Of a DNA stretch of 64,000 nt, positions 62,274 to 64,000 are shown one piece after another. The DNA lies in the NCBI GenBank assembly GCA_951406725.2, contig OX597816.1, positions 119,722,001 through 119,786,000 on the forward strand, read 5' to 3'. The position numbers and the translations under genes are program-made. A model generated the notes under the pieces. That model made no database searches, was not told the origin of the DNA, and worked only from the letters and a program-made list of their open reading frames with translations. The stretch's first letter is position 1, and the number at the start of each line of letters is the position of its first letter. The stretch comes from Octopus vulgaris. Its lineage: Eukaryota.

Positions 62274-63424
62274 GCACACACACACGAATGATTGGACAAA
62301 CAAAAGAAAGTGGCACTCGACACACATTTGGTTGGAGTTACATATACTTTTATTAACCCTTTGACTCAGCCCCTTTTGACTTAAGGTTTCGTGTACATAT
62401 GTGTGCGTGTAAGTCGATGGATTCTCCACCGGTCGCAGCGACGAACATTCAGTTATTCAACTAACTGAATTCGTACTCGTAGAATTAACGTACTTATCGT
62501 TGAATATTGCACAGACAAGTGAACCCTCAACATAACTTTCAGGCCGTCGATTCGACACAATAAGGGATGGGTCTACCTTTGAATTACAGGGACAAATCAA
62601 ATAGAGGCAGAGAGAACAAGAAAGTGGGGAGAAATCAAACCTAGTATAGATTGCTACGAAGTTTGATAACACTGCCACAACATGGCGAAGATGTGTCCGT
62701 TGTCCGCATGAAACTGATGAACAGCCGGCATATGCCTTGACAGATTCTACTACTCTGAGATCATGCCGAAGAAAGTACTTTAACTTTCCCTAGTAATTTT
62801 CAGCTAAAATGCTATGGTGAAGATATTGCCAGATGACGAAACTGGTAGGGGAGTAATTATCACCACTAATTTCAATCCCAACGGCTGCAGAAGAGTTGAT
62901 CATTGATAGAGATACTGGCTAAAAAAGTGCAACTCCAAATACACTGGATCAGTGGAAATCCGTTGCAGTTTCGTCTCTTGATTCTGCGTTTCATATACCA
63001 AACCTACCGCAGAAGATGATCCCGAGATTGTAGTGTGTGGGCCACTCCTTGGAAAGTTTCTATACCATCGGTATTTCTTTTTGTTGATCTTTTCTAAAAG
63101 TTTTGCGATGATGGGATAAAGATAACGGATGTACATTTGGCATGGACCTGCACTTCGGTGACAGATATTGCCAGAATTTTTAACGCATCGGACAAAATTT
63201 CGTGCAGTATTTCTTCTGAATTTTTGTGTTCTGCTTTCATATATTGCTAGAATCAACTTTACCTTTCGTCCATTCGAGATCGATAAATAAAATCCCGGTC
63301 CAGAAAAGAAAAATTGGAGGGATGATCAAAGCGTTTGGCAAAATGTCTGCGCTATTTGTTCTAGCTCTTTAGTTTATGAATTCTGTTGTTTTATACGATT
63401 ATACGAACACACACGCGCGCGCAT

Positions 63425-63552
63425 ATGTACGTACGTACATACTTACATACATAAATACATACATACATACATACATACATACATACATACATACATACAT
63501 ACATACATACATACATACATACATACATACATACGTACGTACGTACGTACAC
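63425..63552. repeat. (CATA)n microsatellite
   Basis: Directly visible. Confidence 0.97.
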
Positions 63553-63689
63553 ACATGCAAAACTGTATGATGATTCTTCACAAGCCCTTGGGGGAAGGTT
63601 AATTACTTTAAAACACGAATTCAGGGCTCTGAGCGAAAATCTTCGCAGCTGCAAACGAATTTTTTAACTAGTTTGTATAAGTCACAAGT

Positions 63690-64000
63690 TTGCTTCTAAC
63701 TCACAGACAGTATATAGAAATGTGAGAAAGGAAAAGATTAACGTTAAGGAAGCCTCCTCTCAAGAAGATCTTGAATCATTCTGATTGGAAATCTGGGACG
63801 AAAAGAGGAATCTCAACTTCAATGCATTGTGGCTAAATACAGTAAAGAGAGAATACTGGACCAACATCAGCAGTTAAACATATGCAATTGACCCGCAAAT
63901 TTTCACCTTAGCTATAGGCAGACTGCATAATGGAAAGGTACTTGGAAGGGACCTAATAGTTGGATACTGGTATAAGAGGCTGACATTTTACAGGAAACCA
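63690..64000 (+). pseudogene. R4/Dong-like LINE fragment just upstream of the RT (runs off window)
   Basis: EIWDEKRNLNFNALWL..AIGRLHNGKVLGRDLIVGYWYKRL (cf. NWKAPG.D.I..YW.K). Confidence 0.75.

Overview
AT-rich, microsatellite-saturated eukaryotic DNA, most likely a cephalopod (Octopus-like) intergenic or intronic region. This is inferred from two very abundant tRNA-derived SINE families and from TTAGGG-type repeats. I found no convincing host gene: nearly all long ORFs are translations of simple repeats. The real coding remnants are all transposon pseudogenes: three Penelope-like elements (PLE; RT and/or GIY-YIG), two RTE LINE pieces, several R4/Dong-like restriction-endonuclease LINE pieces, and an internally deleted mariner. 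Non-autonomous Helitrons, MITE/foldback elements and more than 25 SINE copies or fragments fill the rest. The main hidden signal is RNA structure. About ten hammerhead ribozyme (HHR) motifs of several unrelated sequence families sit in short cassettes, many inserted into (TA)n arrays. One is an intact type I HHR in a 535-bp partial-tandem, retrozyme-like unit (43556-44295). Two unrelated loci (23293-23344 and 48662-48727) carry all HHR core nucleotides and perfect 6-bp stems I, but with the three strands in a scrambled order that is not type I, II or III; one lies about 135 nt downstream of a textbook TATA/Inr promoter. All structures were folded by eye, and no database searches were run.
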